The notes beneath the pieces are model-generated. The model was not told the origin of the DNA, made no database searches, and worked only from the letters and a program-made list of their open reading frames with translations. A program made the translations under genes and the position numbers. From Ruminococcus albus 7 = DSM 20455 (GTDB lineage: Bacteria; Bacillota; Clostridia; Oscillospirales; Ruminococcaceae), in contig NC_014833.1 of assembly GCF_000179635.2 (NCBI RefSeq), forward strand, positions 3,330,001 to 3,362,000: a DNA stretch of 32,000 bases, written 5' to 3'. Below, piece by piece: positions 9,336 through 18,460 of this stretch; within the stretch, counting starts at the first letter, position 1, and every line of letters begins with the position of its first letter.

Positions 9336-9797
9336 TTATCTGAGTATCTCTCCGTTCACACATTCCACCATTACCGTGAAAGGTCCGTCGTTTTCAAGGC
9401 TGACTTTCATATCCGCCCCGAATATGCCCTTTTCAACCTTACCGTTTATGCGGTCATCACAGCACTTGCAGAAATACTCGTAAAGTTCATTCGACCTCTG
9501 CGGTTCTCCTGCATTCACGAAAGACGGACGGTTTCCCTTGTGACAGTCCGCATACAACGTGAACTGACTGACACAGAGTATATCTCCCCCCACATCGTTC
9601 AGCGCAAGATTTGTCTTGTCGTTCTCGTCCGCGAATATCCTCAGCTTGCAGACCTTGTCCGCCAGCTTTTCACAGTCATTTTCATCATCCCCGTGACCTG
9701 CGCCCATAAGTATCAGCAGACCCTTGCCTATCTCACCGACTACCTTGCCGTCTACCTCTACCCGCGCATGATTCACTCTTTGTATCAGTGTCTTCAT
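9336..9797 (-). CDS. dtd: D-aminoacyl-tRNA deacylase
   Basis: [32 protein letters not shown] ... SQFTLYAD ... GPFT matches Dtd. The ATG at 9797 shares one nucleotide with the TGA of the upstream gene (TGATG), which suggests translational coupling. Confidence 0.9.
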   Translation of the reverse strand: MKTLIQRVNHARVEVDGKVVGEIGKGLLILMGAGHGDDENDCEKLADKVCKLRIFADENDKTNLALNDVGGDILCVSQFTLYADCHKGNRPSFVNAGEPQRSNELYEYFCKCCDDRINGKVEKGIFGADMKVSLENDGPFTVMVECVNGEILR

Positions 9798-10645
9798 CAC
9801 TTCACCTCTATCTCATAACCATAGCTGAATACTTCCCCTGCGCCAAGCTTTACAGCGTGAGGCTTTTTCTCAATATCGGGATAAGCATCATCAGCATACA
9901 CAGGCACAGATGTCCAAGGTTCAAGGCATACGAATGCCGCCCTGTCATCTCCCGTAGGTGACCACACTGCTATGCACTCCGACTGCGGATACTTAACCGT
10001 CACCGCCCTTTCGGACTTTCTGCTTTTCAGCGTAACAGCCTTTGACTCGGGCTTGTCGATAATTATAGCATCATTGTCGAACAGCGCCCTTGTCACCGCA
10101 AGCACATTTCCGTTCTCCGCAAGGACATTTCCTGCGGCATCGAATATATGCTCATTCTTTTCGTATACTATATCATAGTCCTCAAAGCTTTCGCCCTCTT
10201 CCAGCGGACAGTTGAACGCAGGGTGTCCCCCGATATAGAAATACATATCCCTGTCACCTGTGTTCTTAACAATATTTTCCACCCTTACACCGCTTTCCAG
10301 TGCCGTGTAACGGACGGTCAGTTCAAACTCATAAGGATACTGTGCAAGCGTATCCTCGTTTTCACGCAGCACGAAACTTATGGTATCCCCGTCCGTACCT
10401 GCATACTCAAACTCCATATCCCGTGCAAAGCCGTGATTGGCTTTCATCCTGTAGTCCTTTCCGTCAGCGCGGTAAGCCCTGCCCTCAGGCGAGCACACAA
10501 ATGGGAAAAGCACAGGCGCATAACGCTTCCATGCATCACCGCACTGCCAGAGGTATTCCCTGCCCCCATGTTTTACAGAATGCAGCTCTGCCCCGAATGT
10601 ATCCGCCGATATCTCGGTATTTCCGTTCTTTACTGAATATAACAT
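9797..10645 (-). CDS. Aldose 1-epimerase family protein (LacX-like mutarotase)
   Basis: 282 aa. It has [14 protein letters not shown] and GGHPAFNCP motifs and the beta-sandwich composition of the aldose-epimerase superfamily. GGAGG RBS. Confidence 0.75.
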   Translation of the reverse strand: MLYSVKNGNTEISADTFGAELHSVKHGGREYLWQCGDAWKRYAPVLFPFVCSPEGRAYRADGKDYRMKANHGFARDMEFEYAGTDGDTISFVLRENEDTLAQYPYEFELTVRYTALESGVRVENIVKNTGDRDMYFYIGGHPAFNCPLEEGESFEDYDIVYEKNEHIFDAAGNVLAENGNVLAVTRALFDNDAIIIDKPESKAVTLKSRKSERAVTVKYPQSECIAVWSPTGDDRAAFVCLEPWTSVPVYADDAYPDIEKKPHAVKLGAGEVFSYGYEIEVK

Positions 10646-10825
10646 AGTTATATACCTCCATTCATTACTGTTAATAGTTTACCATATTCTCCCCCATAAT
10701 GCAAGCGCATACCACCGTTTCCCCACGCATAAAAACGCCCTTGTGTGATGCGACGGTACTCATCCCACAAACCCGTATCCAAACAGAAATTTAACTCTTT
10801 CGGGCAGCGCGGAAATTTTTATAAT

Positions 10826-11019
10826 ATGGTCATCCCGCTGATGTACCATATTAATCGGTCTTGTATCGAAGCCTTAATCACCAGCACAATGTTTCATTAT
10901 TATATTTGATTATCCCGTTTACACACCAATTGATTTGGTGTAATATCAGAACCAGAAATGCTCGGCGGTTATCCTTTGTTATATAGCACTTTGCGGTGTT
11001 GCGTCAAAGGGATGACCAT
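10826..11019. mobile_element. MITE-like intergenic element, copy 1 (alternative reading: structured ncRNA)
   Basis: Perfect 11-bp terminal inverted repeat: ATGGTCATCCC (10826-10836) and GGGATGACCAT (11009-11019). The identical 8-mer TTTTATAA lies just outside each end (10817-10824 and 11021-11028). There is no ORF inside. Both ends recur at 30466-30591. Confidence 0.45.
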
Positions 11020-11030
11020 GTTTTATAAAG

Positions 11031-11078
11031 AAAGAAAAAACAGAGGATAGCTACGTTTGCAAACATAGCTGTCCTCTG
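11031..11078 (-). terminator. Rho-independent terminator of the GGDEF gene
   Basis: Stem CAGAGGA(C/T)AGCTA / TAGCT(A/G)TCCTCTG (11041-11078). On the minus strand it is followed by TTTTTTCTTT. Confidence 0.75.
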
Positions 11079-11134
11079 CCCAATAGATAGCATAAATTTT
11101 CTGCGTCATATCCCGCAGATCTGTCAGTGTCGAA

Positions 11135-12238
11135 TTAATGCTCAACTCTGTTTTTGCCGTTGTTCTTGCCGTCGTACAACCTGTCATCAGCAAGACTTAT
11201 AATCTTTTCAATATTGTCATGGGGTTTGCCCTTGCATACGCCTATCGTCATCGTAACAGAGAATCTTTTTGCGCCTGCCCTGAATTTCTCTCGGCTCACC
11301 CGGTTTATGATCTCCTCAGCACAGGCTATACCACCGTCAAGCCCGGTCCCGGGCAGGATAAACAGGAATTCCTCTCCACCCCATCTTGAAACATATCCGC
11401 CTTCGGGTACATTTTTTCTGATGATATCAGCCACTCTCGAAAGCACCTCATCGCCCTTTGTATGACCGTAGGTGTCATTGATGCGCTTGAAGTCATCAAT
11501 ATCCCCCAGCCCGATAACATAGCCTCTTCCGCTCTTTTTGCTTCCTGCAGAGATCTCCGCCAGCTTTTCATTCATCTGACGTCTGTTGTTCAGTTTTGTC
11601 AGCGGATCGGTAGATGCCATTATCCTCAGCTGTTCTGTCTGCACCCTCAGCTTGCAGTCCTGATACATACGCATCCTGGTGAATATCAACGCAACATATA
11701 CCAACACGAATGAACCCACAATTATATTTATCACATAAAATACCGTGTTATATGACTGCTCCGCCATATCGTACTTCTCGCGCCCCGGGGTAAGGTATAA
11801 GAACCTCAGCAAACCGTAGATAGGCACCGATATGGACATGACTATAAACGGTATCACCCTGTTTTTGTTCGGCATCAGGAACGCCAGCGGTATTATCATC
11901 AGCAAAAACATACAGAAATCGGGCTTCAGCCCCACATATACCGTAGCCGTCGCCGCGTGTATTATTATCTCCGCCATTGTGGCATATACCAGGTTCAGCT
12001 TTTCTTTGACTTTTTTTGCCAGTATTATCAGCATCACATAAAATCCGACACTGAACACATTGAATATGACCATAGCCCATATCTTTGAAAACGCAAACAG
12101 CGTCAAATAAAGCGCATGAGCCGCAAGGCACGCAACTAGGGGCAAAAAATACATCAAGAAAATAGCTTTCTCAGATAACCTGTTATCCATACGTTCTATA
12201 AACGCAAGATCTTTTTTATATTGCTGTTCGCTGTACAT
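11135..12238 (-). CDS. Membrane-bound diguanylate cyclase (GGDEF domain)
   Basis: 367 aa. About six N-terminal transmembrane helices and a coiled linker. The C-terminal GGDEF domain has DIDDFKRINDTYGH and the active-site RWGGEEF. Confidence 0.9.
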   Translation of the reverse strand: MYSEQQYKKDLAFIERMDNRLSEKAIFLMYFLPLVACLAAHALYLTLFAFSKIWAMVIFNVFSVGFYVMLIILAKKVKEKLNLVYATMAEIIIHAATATVYVGLKPDFCMFLLMIIPLAFLMPNKNRVIPFIVMSISVPIYGLLRFLYLTPGREKYDMAEQSYNTVFYVINIIVGSFVLVYVALIFTRMRMYQDCKLRVQTEQLRIMASTDPLTKLNNRRQMNEKLAEISAGSKKSGRGYVIGLGDIDDFKRINDTYGHTKGDEVLSRVADIIRKNVPEGGYVSRWGGEEFLFILPGTGLDGGIACAEEIINRVSREKFRAGAKRFSVTMTIGVCKGKPHDNIEKIISLADDRLYDGKNNGKNRVEH

Positions 12239-12280
12239 ACTCTCACTTCACTTTCATAATGAGATCCTTGATTTGTATAA

Positions 12281-12309
12281 TTATAACATATCAAACCGAT
12301 TTAGTCAAT
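12281..12309 (-). promoter_or_regulatory. Candidate sigma-A promoter of the GGDEF gene
   Basis: On the minus strand, TTGACT (12304-12309), a 17-nt spacer, then TATAAT (12281-12286), about 40 nt upstream of the ATG. Confidence 0.5.
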
Positions 12310-12396
12310 GATTTCATGCAATGTAATTAAAAATTCATATTGTTATCTGATAAAACAAAAAAATGCCGTAAATCGGTTGATAGCCATTCATATAAA

Positions 12397-12449
12397 GTAT
12401 AATAAAATGCGGAGGACATCCATACTATAATAGTACGGCTATCCCCCGC
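12397..12449 (-). terminator. Candidate terminator downstream of radC
   Basis: Long interrupted hairpin: GCGGAGGA ... TCCCCCGC with an inner stem CCATACTAT / ATAGTACGG (12409-12449). On the minus strand it is followed by ATTTTATTAT. Confidence 0.45.
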
Positions 12450-12577
12450 AAATTCCATATAAAAGTTTTAGGTAGTGGGTTCAGCATAGCGAAGCTGACG
12501 CTTAGGAAAACCCTTTTTCAAAAGGTTTTTCCCCGAGAGAATGTCCCGATACACGTAGTACAGCCCTGTGAGCCAAG

Positions 12578-13267
12578 TCATTCAAAGGAGCGGAAAAAGC
12601 CGAGGGCTCGCATTGAGGTGACTTCATTGTTGGTGACGATGAGGTGATCCAGGAAGCAGACCTGATCATCGAGGAGGTTACGGAGTTTGCGCGTGAAGAT
12701 CACATCCTCATCGGAGGGTATGGCAGAGTTGCCGGGGTGATTATGGGCGAGGATGAGGATATCGGTGCAGTTAAGGGCGATGAAACTTTTAAGCTCATCC
12801 ACGTCGAAAGCGATACGGTCAGTGATACCTGCGGAAAGTACGGCAGAGGCGGTAAGTCTGCCTGCTTTGTTGATGCTGAATGCGCATAGCCTTTCTGTGG
12901 TATCGCCTTTGAAGAAATTTAGAAGATAGCGGCTGAGTGAATCAAAATCATCAGCATGGACGGACACGAAGCTTTCTTTTTCGGCACGCAGGAAGACCTG
13001 ACCCAGGAATAACAGCTGTTCGGCGCACCTTAGCCCTATGCCTTTAACCGCGGTGAGGGAGTCGATATCGGCGGAAAGGACGGTACGGAGGTTGCCGAAT
13101 GTATCAAGGAGCGCGTGGGCTGCTGCAGCGGTATCGGCGCGGGGGATGATATTGTAAAGCAGCATCTCCAGCACCTCATGGTCTGAAAAGCCGTTAAGGT
13201 CGAAGCTTTGTCTGAAGCGTTCACGCATACGTTCGCGGTGACCGCTGTGTATAGATTCATCAGCCAT
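12578..13267 (-). CDS. radC: RadC-like JAB-domain protein (UPF0758)
   Basis: 229 aa. The N-terminal HhH-like region (LLEMLLYNIIPR ... LLDTFGNL ... LTAVKGIG) and the C-terminal JAMM motif (ILAHNHPGNSAIPSDED) are typical of RadC. GGAGGA RBS. Confidence 0.85.
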   Translation of the reverse strand: MADESIHSGHRERMRERFRQSFDLNGFSDHEVLEMLLYNIIPRADTAAAAHALLDTFGNLRTVLSADIDSLTAVKGIGLRCAEQLLFLGQVFLRAEKESFVSVHADDFDSLSRYLLNFFKGDTTERLCAFSINKAGRLTASAVLSAGITDRIAFDVDELKSFIALNCTDILILAHNHPGNSAIPSDEDVIFTRKLRNLLDDQVCFLDHLIVTNNEVTSMRALGFFRSFE

Positions 13268-13296
13268 ACTTTCCTCCGTTTCTATGTATACAGCAA

Positions 13297-13322
13297 AGCC
13301 CCGCCGTGATGACGGTGGGGCT
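13297..13322 (-). terminator. Candidate terminator after the PLP-enzyme gene
   Basis: Hairpin AGCCCCGCCGT / ACGGTGGGGCT. On the minus strand it is followed only by TTTGCTGT, a weak U-tract. Confidence 0.4.
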
Positions 13323-13336
13323 TAGTTACGTACTTA

Positions 13337-14536
13337 TCAGTCTACAGTTTCAAGACCTTCAGCCTTGAATGCCTGTCTGAGATCGTTTATAAGGTCGTTC
13401 TTGTCCTCGATGCCGATAGCCACGCGGTAGAATCCGCCGTGGAATTCCTGTGGATAGAGGTACATTCTCTCGTCGTCCTCACCGAGGAATACTATCAGGC
13501 TGCCTGTGTTGCCGAGGGATACAGCTGATGTGAAAACATTCAGGTGAGTAACAACTCTGTTGTAGAGGTCGTGCTCGCCTTTAAGACCGAAGCTGAGTAC
13601 GCCGCCGAAGCCGTGTTTCATCTGCTTTACTGCCAGCTCGTGACCCTTGAAGCTCTTCAGACCGGGGTAAGCCACGAAGCTTACGCAGGGCTGCTTTTCA
13701 AGCCATTCTGCTACTGCAAGAGCGTTGTCGTTGTGTACCTGCATACGCAGGGGGAATGTTGCAGCACCTCTCTGTATCAGCCATGCGTTGAAAGGGCTGA
13801 TGCAGCCGCCGATATTTACCTGTGCCTGATAGCGTATAGCTTCGCAGGTCTCGTGGTCGGTGATGATAGCGCCGCCCATGGAGTCGCCGTGGCCGTTGAT
13901 GTACTTTGTAAGGCTCTCAACAACGAAATCAACGCCGTATTCCAGAGGTCTGGTATTGTAAGGCGAAGAGAATGTATTATCAACGGATACCTGTATATTG
14001 TTCTCGTGCGCCAGCTTGACTATTGCTTCGATATCGCAGATACAGCAGGTAGGATTGCCGGGGGTCTCGAAGTGTATCAGCTTGGTGTTGGGCTTGATTG
14101 CAGCCTTTATCTTTTCGATATCGGTGCAGTCAACTATGCTTGTCTCGATGCCCCACTTTTCGCACCAGAGTTCGTTGAATATACGGTAGGTAGCGATATA
14201 TGTAACAGTTGAGAATATAACATGGTCGCCCTTTTTGAGCTTGGTGAAGAACAGTGCGGAAAGTGCTGCAACACCGCTTGCGAGAACTACGCAGTCCTCA
14301 CCGCCGTGGAGGTTAGCTACTTTCTTTTCCAGCATACCCTGATTAACGCCGCCGTTTCTGGTATAGATGTTTGCTTCGGATGCAGACCAGTTCATGGTAG
14401 AGGGGTCATAGGGCAGCAGGAAGCTGTTAGCCATATAGATAGAAGGCTCGATAGCGCCGCTTGCGGGGTCGGGCTCGGCACCGACATGGATAGCGCGTGT
14501 GGTAAAACTCATTTCTTCAAGATTCTTGTCACTCAT
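13337..14536 (-). CDS. Cys/Met-metabolism PLP-dependent enzyme (methionine gamma-lyase / cystathionine gamma-synthase family)
   Basis: 399 aa. It has FTTRAIHVG at the N-terminus, DNTFSSP, and the PLP-lysine motif SLTKYINGHGD. Length and motif order fit the trans-sulfuration enzyme family. The exact activity cannot be assigned from the sequence alone. Confidence 0.85.
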   Translation of the reverse strand: MSDKNLEEMSFTTRAIHVGAEPDPASGAIEPSIYMANSFLLPYDPSTMNWSASEANIYTRNGGVNQGMLEKKVANLHGGEDCVVLASGVAALSALFFTKLKKGDHVIFSTVTYIATYRIFNELWCEKWGIETSIVDCTDIEKIKAAIKPNTKLIHFETPGNPTCCICDIEAIVKLAHENNIQVSVDNTFSSPYNTRPLEYGVDFVVESLTKYINGHGDSMGGAIITDHETCEAIRYQAQVNIGGCISPFNAWLIQRGAATFPLRMQVHNDNALAVAEWLEKQPCVSFVAYPGLKSFKGHELAVKQMKHGFGGVLSFGLKGEHDLYNRVVTHLNVFTSAVSLGNTGSLIVFLGEDDERMYLYPQEFHGGFYRVAIGIEDKNDLINDLRQAFKAEGLETVD

Positions 14537-14588
14537 TATTTTACTTCCTTTCAGAATAATGCTTTATCGCAATAAAATACTAAATCTT

Positions 14589-14612
14589 ATTATACCATAT
14601 TCATTTTTGAAT
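14589..14612 (-). promoter_or_regulatory. Candidate extended -10 promoter plus dyad upstream of the PLP-enzyme gene
   Basis: On the minus strand, TGGTATAAT (14589-14597) is immediately preceded by the dyad ATTCA-AAAA-TGAAT (14599-12). This is a possible site for the adjacent LysR regulator. Confidence 0.35.
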
Positions 14613-14643
14613 TTTGTAAATTTAATGTGAATTTTTGCCGAAG

Positions 14644-15579
14644 TCAGGTATTGTTCTTGTCGATAAGCTCGAAGCCGTAGCCAGAGATAACTTGTCTGAG
14701 GGTGCTTACATAAAGCTTTGCGGCGGCGGAAAGACCTGCGCGGACGTTCTCTATCCAGCCGATGAGCATATCCTCATCGGTCTCAAGAGGGACTGCGGTT
14801 ATGGTACCGCTGTTGATATCGCCGCCCAGCACACCGCTTGATATGGTATATCCGTTAAGCCCGCCAAGAAGGTTGAAAAGTGTGGCGCGGTCGCTGACGT
14901 GTATCTGCTTTTTAAAGGTACGGGTGCTGAGTATCTCCTCGGAAAAATAGAAAGAGTTCAGCTGACCCTGTTCAAAGCACACGAAGGGGTAGTCCTCAAG
15001 CTGGCTGCAGGTGACGATCTTCTCGCCGGCAAGGGGGTGATCCTTGCTTATGAAAACATGGGGCTCCACTCGGAAAAGCGGGTGGAAGGTGAGTCCGTTC
15101 TCTTTCAGCAGTTTCAGTATGACCTTGCGGTTGAAGTCGTTTATAAACAGTACACCGACTTCGCTGTTGAGATTTTTCACATCATCTATGATCTCGCCTG
15201 TACGTGTTTCGCGCAGGGTGTATTCATAGCTTTCGCGGTCAAGCTCGGAGAGCATTTTTACGAAGGCTTCAACGGCGAATGCATAGTGCTGGGTGGATAT
15301 GGAGCATATACGCTTTATCTTCTGTCCGCTGGAATAACGGGCTTCAAGGAGTTCAGCCTGCTCGACCACCTGTCTGGCATAGCTGAGGAACTCGCTTCCG
15401 TCTGAGGAGAGGGTCATACCTCTTGGGGTGCGGCGGAATATCTCGATGCCGAGTTCTTTTTCAAGCTCCTTTATGGCATTCGATAGGCTAGGCTGGGATA
15501 TATACAGCTGCTTTGCACCCTCGCTGAGGGAGCCGCAGTTGACCACGGTTATAACATATTTCAGCTGTTGCAGGGTCAT
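14644..15579 (-). CDS. LysR family transcriptional regulator
   Basis: 311 aa. N-terminal HTH (MTLQQLKYVITVVNCGSLSEGAKQLYISQPSLSNAIKELEKELGIEIFRR) and a C-terminal LysR substrate-binding fold. The start lies 3 nt after the YfhO stop. Confidence 0.9.
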   Translation of the reverse strand: MTLQQLKYVITVVNCGSLSEGAKQLYISQPSLSNAIKELEKELGIEIFRRTPRGMTLSSDGSEFLSYARQVVEQAELLEARYSSGQKIKRICSISTQHYAFAVEAFVKMLSELDRESYEYTLRETRTGEIIDDVKNLNSEVGVLFINDFNRKVILKLLKENGLTFHPLFRVEPHVFISKDHPLAGEKIVTCSQLEDYPFVCFEQGQLNSFYFSEEILSTRTFKKQIHVSDRATLFNLLGGLNGYTISSGVLGGDINSGTITAVPLETDEDMLIGWIENVRAGLSAAAKLYVSTLRQVISGYGFELIDKNNT

Positions 15580-15582
15580 AGG

Positions 15583-18249
15583 TCACACTTCCTTTGCGGT
15601 GAGGTTTATGATCACGGGCAGTATATACACTGCCGCGAACACGGCTGCGCTTGCAGCCATTACAGCCCACATTAGCACTTTTGCAGGCTTTTCGGGGACT
15701 TTGAGTTTCTTGCTTATGACGAAGTGCCACAGTGCGCAGAGGACTGTACCGATAAGGGTAAGGATAAGCCCCGGTACAAAGCCTTTGGGCATGGCGGTAA
15801 CGGTGATATCGTTATTGCCTTCGGAAAGCTGTACTGCGGTAAGGTCGCCAAGTACTTTTACACAGGGGACGGATCTTCCGTTGATACGGACTTTCAGACC
15901 GTCGGTATAGGGGACGTTTATCAGGCAGTACTCTCCGCCGCGGGCATTGATGCTGCCTGTGAGCATACCGCCTTTTCGGGTGAAGTTCACGGTATGTGCG
16001 CTTTCGGCGGCAGCAAGGAGTTTATTGGTATTTATGGCGGCAACACCCAGCGATCTCAGGGTAATATCCTTTTTGGCACGGGCTTTTACGGTGACGGGTT
16101 CGTTCTCGAATTCACCGAGCTTCAGCAAGCCGTTGAATTCACCGTCAGGATAGCTGCCCGAGATCGTCTTGCCATTTACTAGCACTTCAAAAGTACCGTC
16201 GATATAGCTGCCAAGGGAAACCTGCGGACGGTCAAAGGCATCGAAGTAAAGTGCAGTCCTGTCAAAGACGTCGATAGTCATTTCGTAGGTGGTATCTGCA
16301 GTGACGGTATAGCTGCCGCTGCCGTTTTCGGTGTCTTCAAAGGTGCTGACGGATACCGCATCGGATGAGAGGGTATTATCGCATATGAACTGCTGTATAT
16401 CACAGCGCGGGATATCGGGGAGGTCACCTTCGATCGAGGATATGTCATCAAGTATAAGTCCCGACGGCAGGTAGTTCTCATTGGGCACTATGGAGTAATC
16501 ATCGTTGGAGTATACGGCGTTATCGGCTTTGCCGCGGACTATACGGTACTTTATGCTCATTAGCATATCCGTGAGCCCTGTGCCGCCGCAGCTGCCCACA
16601 TCCATCCAGTTTGAGGATACTCCCATGCGCTTCATCATGTACATATAATCCTGGTCGTTGAGTGAGGTATAGTGGCTTACAGAGCCGTAGCCGAGAGCGC
16701 CGACGAGGTTTACATAGAACAGCTTGCCGTCCGTATTTACGCGGAACATATCGGTATCGTCTATCCTGTCAGCAAGGTCATAGACCTTGTTCTGTTCAGC
16801 GGCGCGTCCGGGGTTTATATATACGGGAGAGGTAAGATATATCCTGGTGTTTATAAGTGATTCGCAGAGGATAAGGGCAGTACAGAACAACGCGAGGGTC
16901 TTTGTGCTGAGGACACCTTTGCGGTAAAGGATGAGCAGTACCGTACTCATTACAGATACCATAAGGAATATTGTGATGCATATTTTCAGCGATTCCCTGT
17001 CGCCCCAGAGTGTTCTTGCATACGCACAGGCATCATCACGGTGACGGTCTGCATAGTCAGAAAGTATCTTTATGAATATATACAGTACAGCCAGCAGGGG
17101 TATTATGACAGCTGTGTGGTCGGTCAGCCTGTTTTTCGGGGGACATCTCTGAGCGTCCTTGTCTTCGAGATACATAGCTGTGCATACCGTCAGCATGAAC
17201 TCAGTCATAAAGGCGAACCTTGAGGGGAAGGACATATAGCTGCCTGTGTGCCACATAAGGTTCACGGGCTCGGCTATTATAGGTATGAGGGTCAGTAGGG
17301 AAAGGAGGAGCAGACGGTTCAGCTTTTTGCTGCGCGGTCTGCCGTCACAGGTGAAAAATACCGCTGCCGTCAGCACGAATGCGGAGCAGAGTACGGTGGG
17401 GAGGGTGGTCTCATAGGTGGTTATGAAGCCTGCGCTTTTTACAGAACTGAAAAACTCCTCCTTGACCCTGCCGCTTTTTGTGTACTGCAGAAGGCTTGGC
17501 AGCCATACCACAGCTGTCATAAGGGCTGCCGTGAAAGAACCGAATATAAAGCGCACTGCTGTATCTCCGCCTGTTTTCTCACGGCGCACAGCGGTAAGGG
17601 ATATACCTGTGAAAAGCATGATGAATATGACCGCCATATAGCCGATATAATAGTTTATTGTCATCATGGCTGCCAGTACAAGTGTGTAGGGGGTAACGCG
17701 CTTTTTCTCAAACAGCATATCAAGGCTCAGGAGCAGCAGAGGGAAAAGGTACATCATATCCAGCCATATCACGTTCTGGTAGTACATGAGCCCGTAGCCG
17801 CTGAGACCGTAAAGTATGCCCAGTGCCGTCACCCATACCGGGGAGAGTTTTCGGAAAGTCTTATAAAGGTACAGGGAAGCGGTGCCGCCGCATACCATAA
17901 GCTTCAGCATTACCAGGATATTTGCAAAGTAAAGCATATCCGTCTTTTTTACAAATGCCGCAAGGAACGAGAAAGGGCTTGCGAGAAAGAAGAATATCAC
18001 CGCCCACATATCCATGCCTGCGGCGTTATTGAGATTAAGGAAGACTCCGTCCTTGCCTGCCAGGATATCCTTGAAGTCGATGAGCAGAGGTATTACCTGC
18101 TGCACCATATCACACCATGCCACAGTGCCGTGTCCGAAAGGATAAGCACCGTCGAGTTTATATGCGTAAAGTATTACTGCCATTATAAGCAGCGGTGCTG
18201 ACAGTACTGTCAGCAGGGCGGCAGGCAGTTTTGGTTTTGTTTTTTCCAT
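15583..18249 (-). CDS. YfhO-family polytopic membrane protein (putative glycosyltransferase-C-type)
   Basis: 888 aa. More than 10 transmembrane helices in the N-terminal ~470 aa, a large soluble (extracytoplasmic) domain, and a final C-terminal transmembrane anchor. This is the architecture of the bacterial YfhO family. Confidence 0.7.
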   Translation of the reverse strand: MEKTKPKLPAALLTVLSAPLLIMAVILYAYKLDGAYPFGHGTVAWCDMVQQVIPLLIDFKDILAGKDGVFLNLNNAAGMDMWAVIFFFLASPFSFLAAFVKKTDMLYFANILVMLKLMVCGGTASLYLYKTFRKLSPVWVTALGILYGLSGYGLMYYQNVIWLDMMYLFPLLLLSLDMLFEKKRVTPYTLVLAAMMTINYYIGYMAVIFIMLFTGISLTAVRREKTGGDTAVRFIFGSFTAALMTAVVWLPSLLQYTKSGRVKEEFFSSVKSAGFITTYETTLPTVLCSAFVLTAAVFFTCDGRPRSKKLNRLLLLSLLTLIPIIAEPVNLMWHTGSYMSFPSRFAFMTEFMLTVCTAMYLEDKDAQRCPPKNRLTDHTAVIIPLLAVLYIFIKILSDYADRHRDDACAYARTLWGDRESLKICITIFLMVSVMSTVLLILYRKGVLSTKTLALFCTALILCESLINTRIYLTSPVYINPGRAAEQNKVYDLADRIDDTDMFRVNTDGKLFYVNLVGALGYGSVSHYTSLNDQDYMYMMKRMGVSSNWMDVGSCGGTGLTDMLMSIKYRIVRGKADNAVYSNDDYSIVPNENYLPSGLILDDISSIEGDLPDIPRCDIQQFICDNTLSSDAVSVSTFEDTENGSGSYTVTADTTYEMTIDVFDRTALYFDAFDRPQVSLGSYIDGTFEVLVNGKTISGSYPDGEFNGLLKLGEFENEPVTVKARAKKDITLRSLGVAAINTNKLLAAAESAHTVNFTRKGGMLTGSINARGGEYCLINVPYTDGLKVRINGRSVPCVKVLGDLTAVQLSEGNNDITVTAMPKGFVPGLILTLIGTVLCALWHFVISKKLKVPEKPAKVLMWAVMAASAAVFAAVYILPVIINLTAKEV

Positions 18250-18402
18250 AGTGACCTCACATTAAATTATCTGTTTATCGCTTATGCGTACTGACGTTTT
18301 AAAGCGCTGTACGCATACTATATAATTATAATGCCGATGCAGAGAAAAGTCAACCGCAGCGGGGAGTAATGATGAAATTTCGGTGAAATATACAGCATTG
18401 TA

Positions 18403-18431
18403 TTGATTTTTGAATTGAAGGGTGATATAAT
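18403..18431 (+). promoter_or_regulatory. Candidate sigma-A promoter of the first cyclophilin gene
   Basis: TTGATT (18403-18408), a 17-nt spacer, then TATAAT (18426-18431). This places the TTG start of the tracked ORF inside the -10 box and favours the ATG at 18461. Confidence 0.5.
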
Positions 18432-18460
18432 TGAGAGGTCAGGATCAAATACGGAAGGGA

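Noticed and set aside
8227-15405. Series of 60-220-aa ORFs opposite annotated genes (for example 8227-8784, 9201-9818, 10148-10636, 13544-14212, 14899-15405)
   Set aside because: Each is fully nested antisense to a gene with strong family motifs. The translations lack motifs and start signals.
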